A stretch of 59,311 bases of DNA, from contig JASJQH010000008.1 in the NCBI GenBank assembly GCA_040143965.1, positions 1-59,311 of the forward strand, in the 5' to 3' direction. The position numbers and the translations under genes were made by a program. Below the pieces are notes generated by a model that was given only the letters and a program-made list of their open reading frames with translations, had not been told where the DNA came from and made no database searches. Source of the stretch: Basidiobolus ranarum (Eukaryota). Below, piece after piece: positions 12,441 to 26,578 of the stretch (its first letter is position 1; every line of letters starts with the position of its first letter).

Positions 12441-14957
12441 ATGCTGCCTAAAAACTCTTCCCTTTCTCTGATATCTACAGCAATACACACTCCAATATTT
12501 CGCTCAGGTGGAGGTATACAGTTCTATTTCGCAAGGACCCTACGTCGACCGGTTCGTGTATTTGAAACTGGTTGCCAAAGCGTCACCACTTTTCAAAAAA
12601 GACTAAACTCTCAGGTTGTAAAAAATTCCTGGTCTGTATATAGTGAGAGACTGAAGAACCCTGATAAAACCACTATCAAATTACCCGAGCACTTGGACTT
12701 TTTAAAGCTTGTACTACGCAGCGCTGAGAGTGGATCTGAACGTCGTCACAAGGGCACTGAAATTATAGAGTCGATTGAAAAAAGTGGGTATCAATTAAGT
12801 ACTTTGGAACAATACAAAGTGGTTCTATCGTTTTATGCTTCAACTGGACAGTTAGACAAAGTAGAACCGTTACTCAGCCGGATAAAAAGCTTAGATCTAG
12901 AATTAACACCGACTTTTTGTAACGAGCTAGTAAATACAATCTCTCAAGCTAACCTTCAGCAAGGGTTTGAGCTGTGTTGGAAACTATCTTCCCTAAATAT
13001 AACTCCGGATCTTGACACATATTCCATCTTAATCAAAGGGTGTAGAAAACATAACGACGTTAAACGCTTAGAACTTGTTTATCAAGAAATTAAAAGGAAA
13101 GGCTTGGCGATGAATAAAGGAATAAGTATTTCCTTGATCAGTGGGTTTTCTCTACTTTCCAAACCTGAGCTTGCATTTTTAGTATATACTGAAGTAGACC
13201 AAGTAAATCGACCAACTGACAAGATGACCTTTACGCATTTAATTCAGGCGTTGATCAAGGCATCCATGACCGACCGAGTTTTGCAGGTTCATCAGGATAT
13301 GAGAGCATTGGGTATAAAAGTAGATGTCTCATTCTTCAACACTCTGATCAACACATGTCTACGCTCCAACGATCATAAGGGGGCGATTTCTTTGTTTGAA
13401 GGGATGGCCCATGCCGGAGTTACTCCCGATGTTGTAACCTACAATACCTTAATTTCAGCATTTGCGAAACATCGGGATTCGCAATCTGCGTTACGCTTTT
13501 TCCATGACATGTCAAGTCGTAACATCAGGGGAGACGTTGTTACCTATTCGATTTTAATTCGGTGTTTTGGTTCTAACTTGGACATACCAAATGTATCGAA
13601 ACTCTATCAGGAAATGAAGAAATTCCATATCCGCCCGAACTTAATTACTTTCACTTCGTTGATTAGCGCTTACAGTCGTGTTGGTAAACTTGAGTTAATC
13701 GAGCAAACATATCAGGATTTGGTCAAGTCGAAGCTCCGCCCCGATGCCATCCTGTATACCTCTTTAATACACGCATTTTCCAAGAGTGGAAAACTTTCTC
13801 TGGCGAGCAGGCTATTTGAAGAGATGAAGGCTCGAGGACTCCAGCCAGACAACATTGTCGTTACTAAAATGATAGAGGGCTATATTCGTGTTTCTAAACT
13901 GGAGCAAGCTCAGGCAGTATATGACTCCATGCTAGTTGAAAATAAGGTTGTCCCGGATCTGCAGACAAAGACCACCCTTATTAAAGGGTATCTCGATCAT
14001 CGGCAATTTGACAAAGCTGAAGCACTGTTCAGATCTATCAAAGCGCCGGACACCACATTGTATAATATCATGATTCGTGGCTACACCAATATCTTGGATT
14101 TCAATGAGTCAACTAGACTTTATTCTCAGATGATCAAGTCAGACGCCGCAAAGCCCGATATTATAACCATGACAATTCTGATCAAAGGTTTCATGCAACG
14201 CGGACGGTATACTGAGGCGTTGAGGGTTTACGAGGATATGAAACACGAAAAAACAATTAGGCCTGACCTGACAGTATTTACGACATTGATCTCTGGTTTG
14301 TCAAAGTGTAGCCAAATACAGAGTGCGAAACAAGTATTCAGCGACATGAAGACATTCAATCTACGTCCAGATACCCATGTAATCAGCGCTCTGTTGGATA
14401 TGTATATTAAGCACAAACATTTCTCTGAGGCCAAAGAAACTCTTTTGCAAGCAAGTCAATACAAGATCACCCCCGACCTGTGCTTGTTGACGAATACAAT
14501 GGATTATTATTTAAGAATTCAGGATCACGCTAACGTTGTAAAGACTTGGGATAAAGCCCAAAAAGAGTTCCTTGCATCTTCCAAAACCTCCAAATATGAA
14601 AATTTGAACACCTCAATCTCTGTACTACTTGACTCGTATGGTCGCTATTCAGACCTTCCTAGACTCAAAAAAGTCTGGGTCGATCTTGAAGCTAAATACC
14701 CTTTAGATGAAAACAACTACAACTCATATGTGGAAGCGCTTTGTAGACACCAACAGTTCAAGCAAGCTACATGCGTTGTCTATAATATGGCCAATGCTAG
14801 CCTTAAGACATACTTGACCATTCTTGACCCATTAATCAGAAACTCACGTTGGAGTGAAGTCTCCACTATAGCAGACAAAATCCAAATCCAAAATCCCGAG
14901 CTTCTTGATAAGTTGGGGGTAGAATTTGGGGAGAAATTGACTCCATTTTGCCGATAA
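12441..14957 (+). CDS. Pentatricopeptide repeat (PPR) protein, probably mitochondrial, intronless
   Basis: 838-aa ORF with more than 10 tandem 35-aa units (PDVVTYNTLISAFAK, PNLITFTSLISAYSR, PDAILYTSLIHAFSK); Ser/Arg-rich N-terminus. Confidence 0.93.
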   Translation: MLPKNSSLSLISTAIHTPIFRSGGGIQFYFARTLRRPVRVFETGCQSVTTFQKRLNSQVVKNSWSVYSERLKNPDKTTIKLPEHLDFLKLVLRSAESGSERRHKGTEIIESIEKSGYQLSTLEQYKVVLSFYASTGQLDKVEPLLSRIKSLDLELTPTFCNELVNTISQANLQQGFELCWKLSSLNITPDLDTYSILIKGCRKHNDVKRLELVYQEIKRKGLAMNKGISISLISGFSLLSKPELAFLVYTEVDQVNRPTDKMTFTHLIQALIKASMTDRVLQVHQDMRALGIKVDVSFFNTLINTCLRSNDHKGAISLFEGMAHAGVTPDVVTYNTLISAFAKHRDSQSALRFFHDMSSRNIRGDVVTYSILIRCFGSNLDIPNVSKLYQEMKKFHIRPNLITFTSLISAYSRVGKLELIEQTYQDLVKSKLRPDAILYTSLIHAFSKSGKLSLASRLFEEMKARGLQPDNIVVTKMIEGYIRVSKLEQAQAVYDSMLVENKVVPDLQTKTTLIKGYLDHRQFDKAEALFRSIKAPDTTLYNIMIRGYTNILDFNESTRLYSQMIKSDAAKPDIITMTILIKGFMQRGRYTEALRVYEDMKHEKTIRPDLTVFTTLISGLSKCSQIQSAKQVFSDMKTFNLRPDTHVISALLDMYIKHKHFSEAKETLLQASQYKITPDLCLLTNTMDYYLRIQDHANVVKTWDKAQKEFLASSKTSKYENLNTSISVLLDSYGRYSDLPRLKKVWVDLEAKYPLDENNYNSYVEALCRHQQFKQATCVVYNMANASLKTYLTILDPLIRNSRWSEVSTIADKIQIQNPELLDKLGVEFGEKLTPFCR

Positions 14958-15286
14958 CAATAGCATCCCAATAGTAAAGCATACACAACACATTTCATTA
15001 TGTATAGCATCTACATCAAAATCATTCGTGGTTCGCAACACTCATATAGTTAAAGTGAATATGTAACAAAATAAGTTTAATAAAGATTGTCAAGAATATT
15101 TTGAACACATGTTACCCCGAAAGAGGCATGTAAAGAAGTAAATTTTTCATATCCGATGCACCTCTTGGAAACAGTCGGATATACTTACAAATAGTTACGC
15201 AAAAGAAACAACCTGCAAGGTATGTGGAAGAATCTAGTGATGCGATTGAGGTTGCTTTCGTGGTAGGTACACTCATAAGAAGTGCA

Positions 15287-15696
15287 CTATTTGTTCTGGG
15301 CTGATAGTATAATTGGTTGTTGGTTATCAGATTTCTTGACGGGTGGTACTAAAGTGCTAACAAAAACACTAGTATAAAAAACAATTACTCACAATCAAGG
15401 GCAGCATAACGTTCGAGACGAGCAGTAATAGCTCTTTCGCGACGAGAGTTATCAATCTCCCTCTTGGCAAGGTAGTAACCACCACCGGCAGCTTAAGGAG
15501 CACGAAACTTTAGATAATACAACGACAGCTAATTAAGTAGTAAAAAGCCTTACCAACGGCTAGAGCGGCCCTTTATACATGGATATTTCAGAAAGTCGTC
15601 AGTTCATTGAAAAGAGATACTTCTTTCAGTGATAATGGATATTTACCAGCAATACATGATGGATTTAGGAGTATTCAACATGGTAGAGGATTTCAT
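15287..15696 (-). CDS. Small single-TM fungal protein of about 77 aa, 4 exons, missed by the ORF track
   Basis: Splices to (MKSST)MLNTPKSIMYCW|AALAV|AAGGGYYLAKREIDNSRRERAITARLERYAALD|LPPVKKSDNQQPIILSAQNK*. All donors are GT and phases are consistent. It resembles the conserved fungal MNTPKS..W...AGGGYYFAK small proteins. Confidence 0.7.
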
Positions 15697-16023
15697 AGTG
15701 TTTGCGAGTTTAACAAATATCTTTTACTGACTAAGTTGTCGTAACCCTCCAAATGTTAAAAAAAGACTTATTTAAAAATATTCTCGGTCACATTCATTAT
15801 TGACAGCATTGTCAATGCATGGATTGTGCCTTCATTTGGAAGAATCGAAATATGATGGAGACCAAGACCCGAAAAGAATCAGCTATTCGTATGAAGGGTA
15901 CCCCCTGGATCGTAACCAATCATTGCTGTCGGGGTGAAAGAAATGGAATTAAATCTATCAATGAATTGCGGTGGGAATTTTCCTTCTCTTTTCTTTATTC
16001 CCTGACAGGTTGCTCTAGTAAAA

Positions 16024-16712
16024 ATGTAAGTCTGGAATCAATCCGTTTATTTCCACATACAGCCATCCTCAAACGACTCTGTTCCTCTCACTTTAGGGTT
16101 TCTTTGAGCAGTCAGAAGCGTTTGGCCGCTAGTGTTCTCAAGTGCGGTAAGAGAAAGGTCTGGATTGATCCTAATGAAGTCAGCGAAATCGGCAACGCCA
16201 ACTCTCGTAAGTGAATTATTAACGGTCGTCACTTTAGTGCATTATCTAATTGCTTCCTCTCAGGCCAAAACATTCGTAAGCTCATCAAGGATGGTCTTAT
16301 TATCAAGAAGCCTAATGTTGTTCACTCTCGTTTCAGAGTTCGTGAGAAGCTTGCCGCTAAGCGTAAGGGACGTCACACTGGTACCGGTAAGCGCAGAGGT
16401 ACTGCCGAGGCCCGTATGCCTACCCAAGTTCTCTGGATGCGTCGTCAACGTGTCTTGCGTCGTATGTTGAGAAAGTATCGTGAGGCTGGCAAGATCGACA
16501 AGCACTTGTATCACTCCCTTTACATGAAATCTAAAGGTAATGTTTTCAAGAACAAGCGTGTCTTGATGGAATTCATCCACAAGGCCAAGGCTGAGAAGCT
16601 CAGAGCCAAGCTTATTGCTGACCAAGCCGAGGCTCATCGTCTCAAGTCCAAGGCTGCTCGTGAACGTCGTGCTGAGCGCATCCAAGCCAAGAAGGAGTCT
16701 CTTCTCGCTTAA
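16024..16712 (+). CDS. RPL19: 60S ribosomal protein L19 (eL19); start codon split AT|G by intron 1
   Basis: [54 protein letters not shown]-like..[17 protein letters not shown]; introns 16026-16096 and about 16207-16263. Confidence 0.97.
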
Positions 16713-16912
16713 ATTCCCCCAGATATTCTTTTTCCTATAAACCTGGCACGACTGCTTCGTTAAGGTTATTAGGAAGTAAAATACATAATGGTTCAAGGAT
16801 CGCTAAACAAATTTGATAATAATAAAGATTGAGATTTGTTGTTGTGAATGAATATGGACTTGAAGTGAATGGTATATTGTCGCTTTATTCGCGCAAAGGT
16901 GTTTATTTATTA

Positions 16913-18080
<1,168 letters not shown>

Positions 18081-18429
18081 ATCTAAATAATAAAGTACAC
18101 TAATAGAGTAGAGACAAAGTAAATGCGGGATGATACATCTTTATGACATATATACTAACACGCGCAAATAAAATTAGCCCCGAAAACACAATGAGATAAA
18201 AATAACCCTTTCAAATCAGATTTAGTCATTAATGAAGCCAGTGCTATTATTAATTAGCTTCCTAAGGAATTCGATCTTTATTAATTAGCAGTTGCCTCCA
18301 TTTATGAAGAGTATTCCAGAGTGAATCAATTACTCCTTAGCATTGACTATTCCCTGGCGAGTAATCACTCCGGAAAGTTGCTTTACAAATCGCGCATTAG
18401 TCTAAATGTAAGTCCTATAATTTGAACTT

Positions 18430-19056
18430 TTATTTATAAGCCAGGTTTGCTGCAGTCACAGGTTCATCGGATTTATCAGAGTCTGGCAGCATTAATGATC
18501 TTGAATTATCAAAACCCCTTAGTGCCATACTGGAGTCAGAGCAAACCATTGCCGATGCAAAAGAAGATGCTATAGTAGACGAAGATCTAGGGCTGTTGAG
18601 GGTAAAAAGGGAGGCTTTGTGAGGTTTCTGAGTGATTTTTGGTTTAATCGAAGACGGGTATCGAGACTCTGTAGAAGCAGCCATTGACAGAAAGTATATT
18701 GTGTAGGGCGATGGTAGTTTAACGTCTTCATGTTTTATGGACACAGTTGTACGGTTATTTGTAATGTCTTCAAAAAATCTCTGGTGTATAAGAAAATATG
18801 GCTCTAGAGCATCATCCCTCTTTACACGGAATGTCTGCTCACATATGTGCCAATTACGCAGTTGATCCTCTCGCCAGTAAGGTTTATCCATTAATAGAGG
18901 GCGAGCAGCTAGAAATCCCAACAGATTACCCGACTTTCTCAAAGCAAGTCGTGATAGTAGAGAGGTTTGCTGCTGGAAAAAGGAAGGTAGTTCGGCAATT
19001 CCTTGAATAAAGGAACGACCATATACCTTGAACCGTCCACTGTTTCCTGGAAACAT
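18430..19056 (-). other. Unassigned 208-codon ORF; gene structure and even coding strand uncertain
   Basis: Long open frame in a gene-sized gap, with no recognisable motif. A plus-strand exon-like segment (AT|GTAAGT..CCAG|G at about 18406-18443) overlaps it. Confidence 0.3.
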
Positions 19057-19608
19057 AGATGATTAGAGTTATTGAGTTTACGTTGTGCTTAACGAGCAAT
19101 GGATACAGTTGCAAATGAGCGTAGAAAGTGTGCCAAGTGAGGGATTTTATATATCAAGCAACGCAATTAAAGTGCAACAGAACCTGTTTCCGACGGGCAT
19201 TTGTTTACTATTCATTCTTAATCTAGGAAAGGTTCTATTAGTTGCATAATTTAGACTTGTCCAGATCTGAAGCAATCAAGTTTAACCTCTGGGTGCAATC
19301 AAACTAACCGAGGCTAGACCTATATCGAATGGCTTCGTTCCTGGTTACGTATTTGTTACTTCTATTCAATTATTATAGTCAAGTAGTCTGCTAGCGAAAA
19401 GTACTCATAGTCACAAGCATTTATCCTACAAGCAGCAATTTTTTGCTCTAATGTGAAACTATTCTCAATTCTATTTTAAATCAGAAAATGTGAAAGAAAT
19501 TTCGAATGGTGTATTGTTGAGTTTATATGTATACCATAACAAATGGTTAAAATGTGGTGTAAAAAGATGCAAATGAAATAGTCTAAAGGGCTTCGGAGAA
19601 GAGAACTC

Positions 19609-19869
19609 TTATTTGTTCTTAGTCTGACGATAAGAGAAACGCTTTCTGGTATGAGAGAATTCTCCAAGTTTATGGCCGACCATTTCTTCTGTTACTTTAA
19701 CGGGTAGGAAATCTTTTCCATTGTGCACCAAGAATTTGACACCTACGAAGGAGGGAAGGATAGTGCATGCGCGAGCATGAGTCTTGATAGGAACGTTAGT
19801 GGATAAAGCTTCACGGAGGTTAGGGAAGTTGACAAAGAAAGGGCCTTTCCAGGCAGCGCGACCACCCAT
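19609..19869 (-). CDS. RSM19: Mitochondrial ribosomal protein uS19m
   Basis: [42 protein letters not shown]. Confidence 0.95.
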   Translation of the reverse strand: MGGRAAWKGPFFVNFPNLREALSTNVPIKTHARACTILPSFVGVKFLVHNGKDFLPVKVTEEMVGHKLGEFSHTRKRFSYRQTKNK

Positions 19870-20305
19870 ATTACACTACTGATGATTGACAAGAGTAAGA
19901 GTGAATCAAGGCAAGAAGTTATCTTTGAGTCTTTCTGAGCAAAATCTAAAAAATTTTCGTAACATAAAATTCACGGATTTATTAAATGAATCCAACAAAG
20001 CACTCCGGTTGGCCCATAACTAGCGCAATCATTCCCCTAGGAAATAGCGAGGATTTTGACAGCGGGCATACTGTTTTCATTTCTTTGGTTTATATTTCAG
20101 TATTTCTGAGTGTGATATATGTAATAAAGCAGACATATTTATGGACAAACATTTAGTGCAGATGCATATTTATTTTACTAATGTTATGGTGTGTTATGAA
20201 CTTTGTATACGAGAAGAACAAATGGATATCGATTTTCTAAAGAAAATATCGATACAGAATTTGGGATTAAGAGTAATTGTAAGGTGAAGTGCAGAATACA
20301 ATCAC

Positions 20306-20589
20306 TTATTCTTCTTGAGGTTCGGGAATATCATAACGGTGCCAGTAGGTACCAACTACGGGAAGCTTAACAAGTTGGTTACGAACAAGTGGGACTTGAT
20401 CGACAAAGAGGAAAGCAGCAGCGCCAAGGGCAACACCCCATTTAAGAAGGGAGGGGGTACTAAACAAATGAAAACATTAACTTGATGAGCACTAATTAGT
20501 TCTACTACATCTACAACTTACACTCTGACGAGAGTTTCAGGGGTGACTCCAGCGAAATTGGCTTGGGGTTTGTAGTGAGAAAGAGCCAT
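20306..20589 (-). CDS. QCR10: Cytochrome bc1 complex subunit 10, 2 exons, missed by the ORF track
   Basis: MALSHYKPQANFAGVTPETLVRV|TPSLLKWGVALGAAAFLFVDQVPLVRNQLVKLPVVGTYWHRYDIPEPQEE*; GTAAGT...TAG intron. Confidence 0.85.
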
Positions 20590-21081
20590 TTGAAAAGATA
20601 TACTGAGTTCAGGAAAACGGAGTTAAGCTTCACGAGCTAAGTAAAGGTTGGCTTTTAGATATAAGAGAAACAACACAATAAAAATATCGCGGGGTCCCTT
20701 AATGCTTATGGGGGCATCTGTTTTTGACAATTGACAAAAAATCCTCATCAGGGTTACTCAAGTTTGGGGAAGGTATGAGATTAATTTGGGGATAGTAATC
20801 CGTGATATGAACCTCCGTCTGTTGGGGTTCATTCGGAATCTCCGCTTAAAACTTTGTCTAGTTAAACAATAATAATGCTTTCTGATTAGGTTACTGCAGC
20901 GATCTTCAGTTATGGCATTTTGGTTTAGTAGTGACGGGTGTGGATTATTCGGATTTAGGGGACTGTGCTAATATTTATATGTATAATTATTATAGTTTTA
21001 TGACAGAATGATTTCCTTTTCTGACGCTGGTCAAAGACACGAAGTTACTCTATTTTTACGTTCGCTCAAGACGGTGGTGAA

Positions 21082-24000
21082 ATGAGGAAGACGATATATC
21101 ATTCCTTGACGGATCCTTGTAAAACCTCCATATTATTAGTGCCGGTTGGAAACATAGATCCTGCTGTTTTTCAGAAATACGCTTCACTCATATCTAAATT
21201 TAATGTTATTAGCCTCTCTGACATAACCCCTTATTTCGGTGGCAATTCTTCGCCATCTTTTGGACCTCACTCTACAGATAAGTCTCGTGGAAATGAGCAA
21301 GGTATGTACTCTCAATTAACCTTAGCTCATAACTATTTTTTTTGCTAACACCGTACATATTCACCGAAATAACAGCCAGGTTCACAACCAATCTGTTTAA
21401 AGAAGGGAGCATTCAGTTCAATTTTGTCACTAGCGTCAATGGAGATTTTGCCTTCCTTGAGCAATTTCAACTATATAGACAGGTTCTTGGAGTAAGTTTC
21501 GCTGTAAACATGGTTCTCTTATATCAATCCTAACAAAGTTTAACAGGTTATCGGGATCATACACTGTCAGAGCTGTACCGATCTCACAGAAGAATATCAG
21601 AATTTCATATCAATATTGAAACAGGTATTGTAATGGTATTTTCTATATACTTCACTTTTGAGTAATGAAATTACAACTGTTGCTTATTTCGCATTGTTAC
21701 TTGCTCATGAATAGTATCCTACTTGCCTCATAAGTCGTTGTTATGCCTTCGAACCCTCAGATAATCAAGCCGATGATACTAAAGGAGTAATTATGATTCC
21801 CAACGTCGGGAATATCTCTTTTTACATGAATACCATGATATGCGATTTTGCGAGTAGCATGTTGAACGCATTCAACTTGATGGTAAGCTTTCACTAATTC
21901 ATTTGCGAAATTTTAAATAGAATTTAAACAGGAGTATTCTTAGGCTGCTTCAATAGAATCTTCTCACATTATTCATTCACCAAATTCTGGTGATGGGCAA
22001 CTCAATACACCCAGCGCTACGCCTAATGGTGCTTTTTCTCCTATGAGAAATTCACTTCTTTCACCTTCACCTTCGCCTTCACCTAATCCAGATTCTCCCA
22101 ATACTCTTGTCAACTCCGCCACGTCCTTTGCTGACTTGACACCGGATGTTCGTGCTAAGAAATGCACCCAAGGTAGAGTATATAAGTTGATATCAGATCT
22201 ATACCTGATGGCCGGTAAATTACCTGATGCACTTGCGCTATATACCAGTGCCATCGAAACAACTCGTAACAATACGGATTTTGTGTGGCACGCTTCAGCA
22301 CTTGAAGGCTATTATTGTGCATTAACCTTACTTGCTAGTACTCAACCCACAGCAGAGTCGGTGGCCTCCATTCCTATACCTATTTTCCCATCGGCAAATC
22401 CTGGCGCAAACAACGTAGGATCATTAGCGAGAAAGTCATTATTTGGAGAATATGTGGAACGATCTCGAAATATTATTGCTCTTTATGATAAAGTGGATAT
22501 AGCTTGTCTTCAGGTTGAATCCAGATTAAAGGGAGCGAAACTCTTAACCATTATCCTGAAATTTGGAACTGGTGAAGCGGCACTTAATGCTGTCTTGGAA
22601 GATCAAATAGAAACGAAACCACCTTCTGGAACTGCGGCCAAAAGTCACGTTTTAAAGGCGGAGTTGATGAATCTTTTAATGCAGAGCTGGAGTATTGCCC
22701 GGGATGGCTTATCTCCTCTAAATCAAGTTCAAATTGCTTCTATTGTGGTGGCTATGTGTTCTACCATAAATTATCATCGTAAATCAGCCTACTTTTTGCG
22801 TCAATGCACTCTAGTAGCTGCTCCAATCGTAGCTAATGTAAGCTCATCTAGTGACAGTTTGAAGAGAGCTAAGTTTGGTCTTTTGGAGGGAATGAGGCGA
22901 TTTTGTGACGTATATGGGGTGGATGTCGATTCGACCCCAGTGGATGAGGAGGCGGAAGTGGCTGAGAGCTACGGATGGCCCGAGCTACAGATAGATGTGA
23001 TAGAAGATTGCATTGCTATTTCAGACGGATTAACCGATTCAGAGCAGACAATCAATTATACCATCCAACTATTGCGTAAATACCACCGAGTACTTTCTAG
23101 GGAGGAACAATTGCGATTATCCTTCACACTGCAGCGGATTGTCAACAACAAGACCAGTCCTACGAATTCGACCAAAGCCATATCTCGCTTGCCTATCCTA
23201 AAGGCTTTTGAGGTTTGTCGGCCAGTTCCAGCTCGCGTATCTTACCCGCAGCATAAGCTGAAAATCACTGATACAGAGAGCAACAACCCAGATCCTTTTA
23301 TTTATAACCCTTACGCAAAAAAAACCGGTGAGAATGTTGCTGTACCTTTGGTGGTGAATGACTTGGCTTTCTTTGATGTAACTCTTGTCAATCCATTCGC
23401 TTTCGATCTGGATATCTCTAGTATTCGTCTTAGCACCGAAGGCATCCCATTTGAATCAGTACCTTCCGCAGTTATTGTTCCTTCAGGAGCCTCGATTCTA
23501 TTGAGATTGAGTGGTACTCCTCAAGCACCGGGGGATCTTGCTCTGAGAGGTTGTTTCATTCGACTCTTCGGCAGTAATGAAGAGGAATTTTTACTGACCC
23601 AGAATAGGGAAGGTAAAAATGAAGAAAGATGGAGAATTGAACTTGACCATCTTAAAAGAGTAAAGCAGAGTGGATTAGATTCTGCAGTTGATAGAGCTGA
23701 GAAACGACTTTCATTTAAGCGAACTTCAGCAAAGTTTTCAGAGTGCAAATTTCAAACTGTGCCGGTGATTGAGGAGCAGCCTTTGCTTGAGGTTGCCTCG
23801 TCAACACTCTTGAATAGCTCGATCATGTTGTTTGAGGGAGGGAAATCCCATATTGACTTTGTCTTGAGAAATGTTGGCACTACACCAATCGATTTCATCG
23901 CTTTTTCTTTCACCGATAACACAGTAATTTCCCCGCCATATAATCATCGTCGCTCTCAGGACATCTCGGCCGAAAGTTTGTATGAGATGGAAATGGGTGC

Positions 24001-25207
24001 GCAGAATGAGCCAGTTTTGTCTCTGGAGGAGTCAGATAATATCAAAGTACATTTGCTACCCAACCAAGAACACAAAGTCACCGTGACGACCTATGGTAAA
24101 CGTGGATGTACCACTGGAGATATCATCATTAATTACGGATATTTGGAACGTGAAGAGCAGGAAAGCGATCTCTTCTACATCAGACAACTTAATATTCCTG
24201 TTATGATTACGGTGAATCAGGGGTTAAGTATTTCGGATGTTGAACTGTTGCCGTTTCAACGTATAGAGTCTTTGAACCCCTCAGATATATCCATTTCTTT
24301 GGCGTCTAACGAAATGATGAAGCGAGAAGATATTGCGGCAATCGAGAGTTTCGTTTCATCAAGATCTGATAAACAGTTTAGAAACGATTATTGCTTGATG
24401 GTACTTGATGTCCTGAACGTTTGGATGCTGCCTCTCAAAGTGAACTTTGCTATGAATCATAGTTGTGTCTTGTCTGATCAAGACCCCAGTGTTTACAACT
24501 TCAACACCGTTGTCAATGCTGGTTGTACTCATCGGCTGATTCTTCCAGTAAAAAGAATATTCCTTTCAGAGGAGCTCCTGGATAGACCAATCCCCAATCT
24601 CACCAAGAAGCAGTTCACCGTTCCCAAAGGTCCGAAATTAACTCTGGACGAAGAAAGACTGCAAAGAGCTCTGTTTTGGTATAAACAGGAGTTTCTAAGG
24701 CACATTAGTGCTACATGGGTATCCGGGTCATTTGAGCACCAAGGGGTACTGCATTTCCAAGGGTTTAGATTAACTGAGAGTATGTTGGAAGCCTTGAAAA
24801 AAGAAGAGATTTCCTTTAGAGCATCATTGGTCGGTATCACTCCTAGCAAAGATGTTCAGAAATTGGATGCGAACCGATACTGCTGTAAACCCAATGAAAT
24901 TTGCAATGTTCAATTGGAAATTCACAACCATCAAGAGATACCTGCCAAGCTTTGTCTACGCGTCCAACCAGTTCACGATCATCACAATGGTCGTTTAGAC
25001 TATGAATTAAGTTCTTTCTTAGCATTCAATGGAGTCACACAGACTTATCTTCGGAAAATACCGCCCAATGGGAGTATAAAGTGGTCGCTTCCCATTGCTT
25101 TCTTCTCGCCTGGTGAATACAAAATCATGTATCATGGCCAGGATGTTTATACTCAACATATTTATTACGCCACCGAGCCTTTGGTTGTACAAGTGCACGA
25201 TGGGTAG
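21082..25207 (+). CDS. TRS120: TRAPPII subunit Trs120 (TRAPPC9); several short 5' exons plus a long terminal exon
   Basis: ILLVPVG, FQLYRQVLG|VIGI, SRCYAFEP, GRVYKLISDLYLMAGKLPDAL, DFVWHASALEG, YGWPELQ, DPFIYNPY, VTLVNPFAFDL. Confidence 0.92.
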
Positions 25208-25557
25208 TGAGGATAGTTAATTCAGGACCTTTGAGATACTTTCTTTTGTTTTTGTAAAATTATCTTCTGTCATAGCTTTCTCCACTTTTAATTCATCTTT
25301 GTTTAAATTTCTTCCAAGTGATCTTCTTTTCTTGTTTGTATTTTGCTTCATTAGCATTTCTAGTGAGTAATAAATCTTATTTTGCTATCATTGTAAATCC
25401 GTAGTCTAACGTTGCCGCTGCCCTTGGATGTGATCATGACAAAATGACTGCGGTAAAATGCCGAGAGAATATAGACAGTCACACATCCAAGCCCTTCTAT
25501 TAAATTCACTCGAAAACTGGCTCCCCCTCTTGTTTCACATAATCAATCTTACAAGTC

Positions 25558-26408
25558 ATGAATACTTCCAACAAGAAAGAGCTCACAGAAACTTTGAGAC
25601 GAATAGTTGAGTCATCTACAGAATATTACCAAGTCCTCGGCGTCCCTAGAAACTCAACCTCATTAGAGATTAAACGCGCTTATAAAAAGGTATTAATTAA
25701 AAGAAATGGAAATATTTCATGAAAGATGCTAATCTCTTTCTTTTATTGAATCTAGTTAGCTTTAGTATTACATCCAGATAAGAACCCATCCAAAGAGGCT
25801 GAAGAGGCCTTCAAAGGTATATATCTCGTAGTTGAATGACTTTCCTGAGAAATGGAATTTAACCCTTCGTTCCCAGTCGTATCCAAAGCATATTCTGTAC
25901 TTGGTGAAGAAAAAGCACGTCGTACATACGATCTCTATGGTGTAGAATGTACAAACCAGGGTAAATATAAGGAGTGTCTTGTGTACATATAGTCTGGAGA
26001 ATAATCTGGTTGATATTATTTTTAGGAACACCCAAATCAACGTTTTCTTTCGTTCATTTCATACCCATTTTAATAATCCTTCTAAGTATAATATTCAATA
26101 TCTTTTTTGAGGAATCCAATGTATACCCAGAGTTTCGATATTTCCCTTCAGCTGAATTCCCACTGGAGAGATTTACGGAATATCATAATATTAGATACTT
26201 CGCTAAACCTGAACTAGAGCATTGGCTTCAGTTACAAGAGGGAAATGAAATTCAAAAATTTGAACAGTTTATTGAATTTCAACATCATCAACTCAAGGAA
26301 ATTCGATCTCAACGCCCCTTAGGAGATCGTCTTTTAAATCATCAGATTCGGTTCAAAGAAATTCAATCGGATCGGTTAAAATCCAACAAATTATTAACTT
26401 ACAAATAA
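25558..26408 (+). CDS. DnaJ protein of the DNAJB12/14 (Hlj1-like) type: J domain, TM helix, short lumenal domain
   Basis: YYQVLGVPRNSTSLEIKRAYKK|LALVLHPDKNPSKEAEEAFK|VVSKAYSVLGEEKARRTYDLYG; TM FIPILIILLSII. Confidence 0.85.
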
Positions 26409-26578
26409 ATTCTCTATCATTTCTTTACTGTATTGAATGCGTTAGGACTAACAAAGATGTCGAGTGAGTTATTTACAGGTAAAGCTCATACAGTAGGTAA
26501 AGACGCTAATGGGGAAAATATTCCAGTGGGAAGTACACTATATGCGAGAGAGATGGTATAAGCAGGGAGGGGAGTTGT

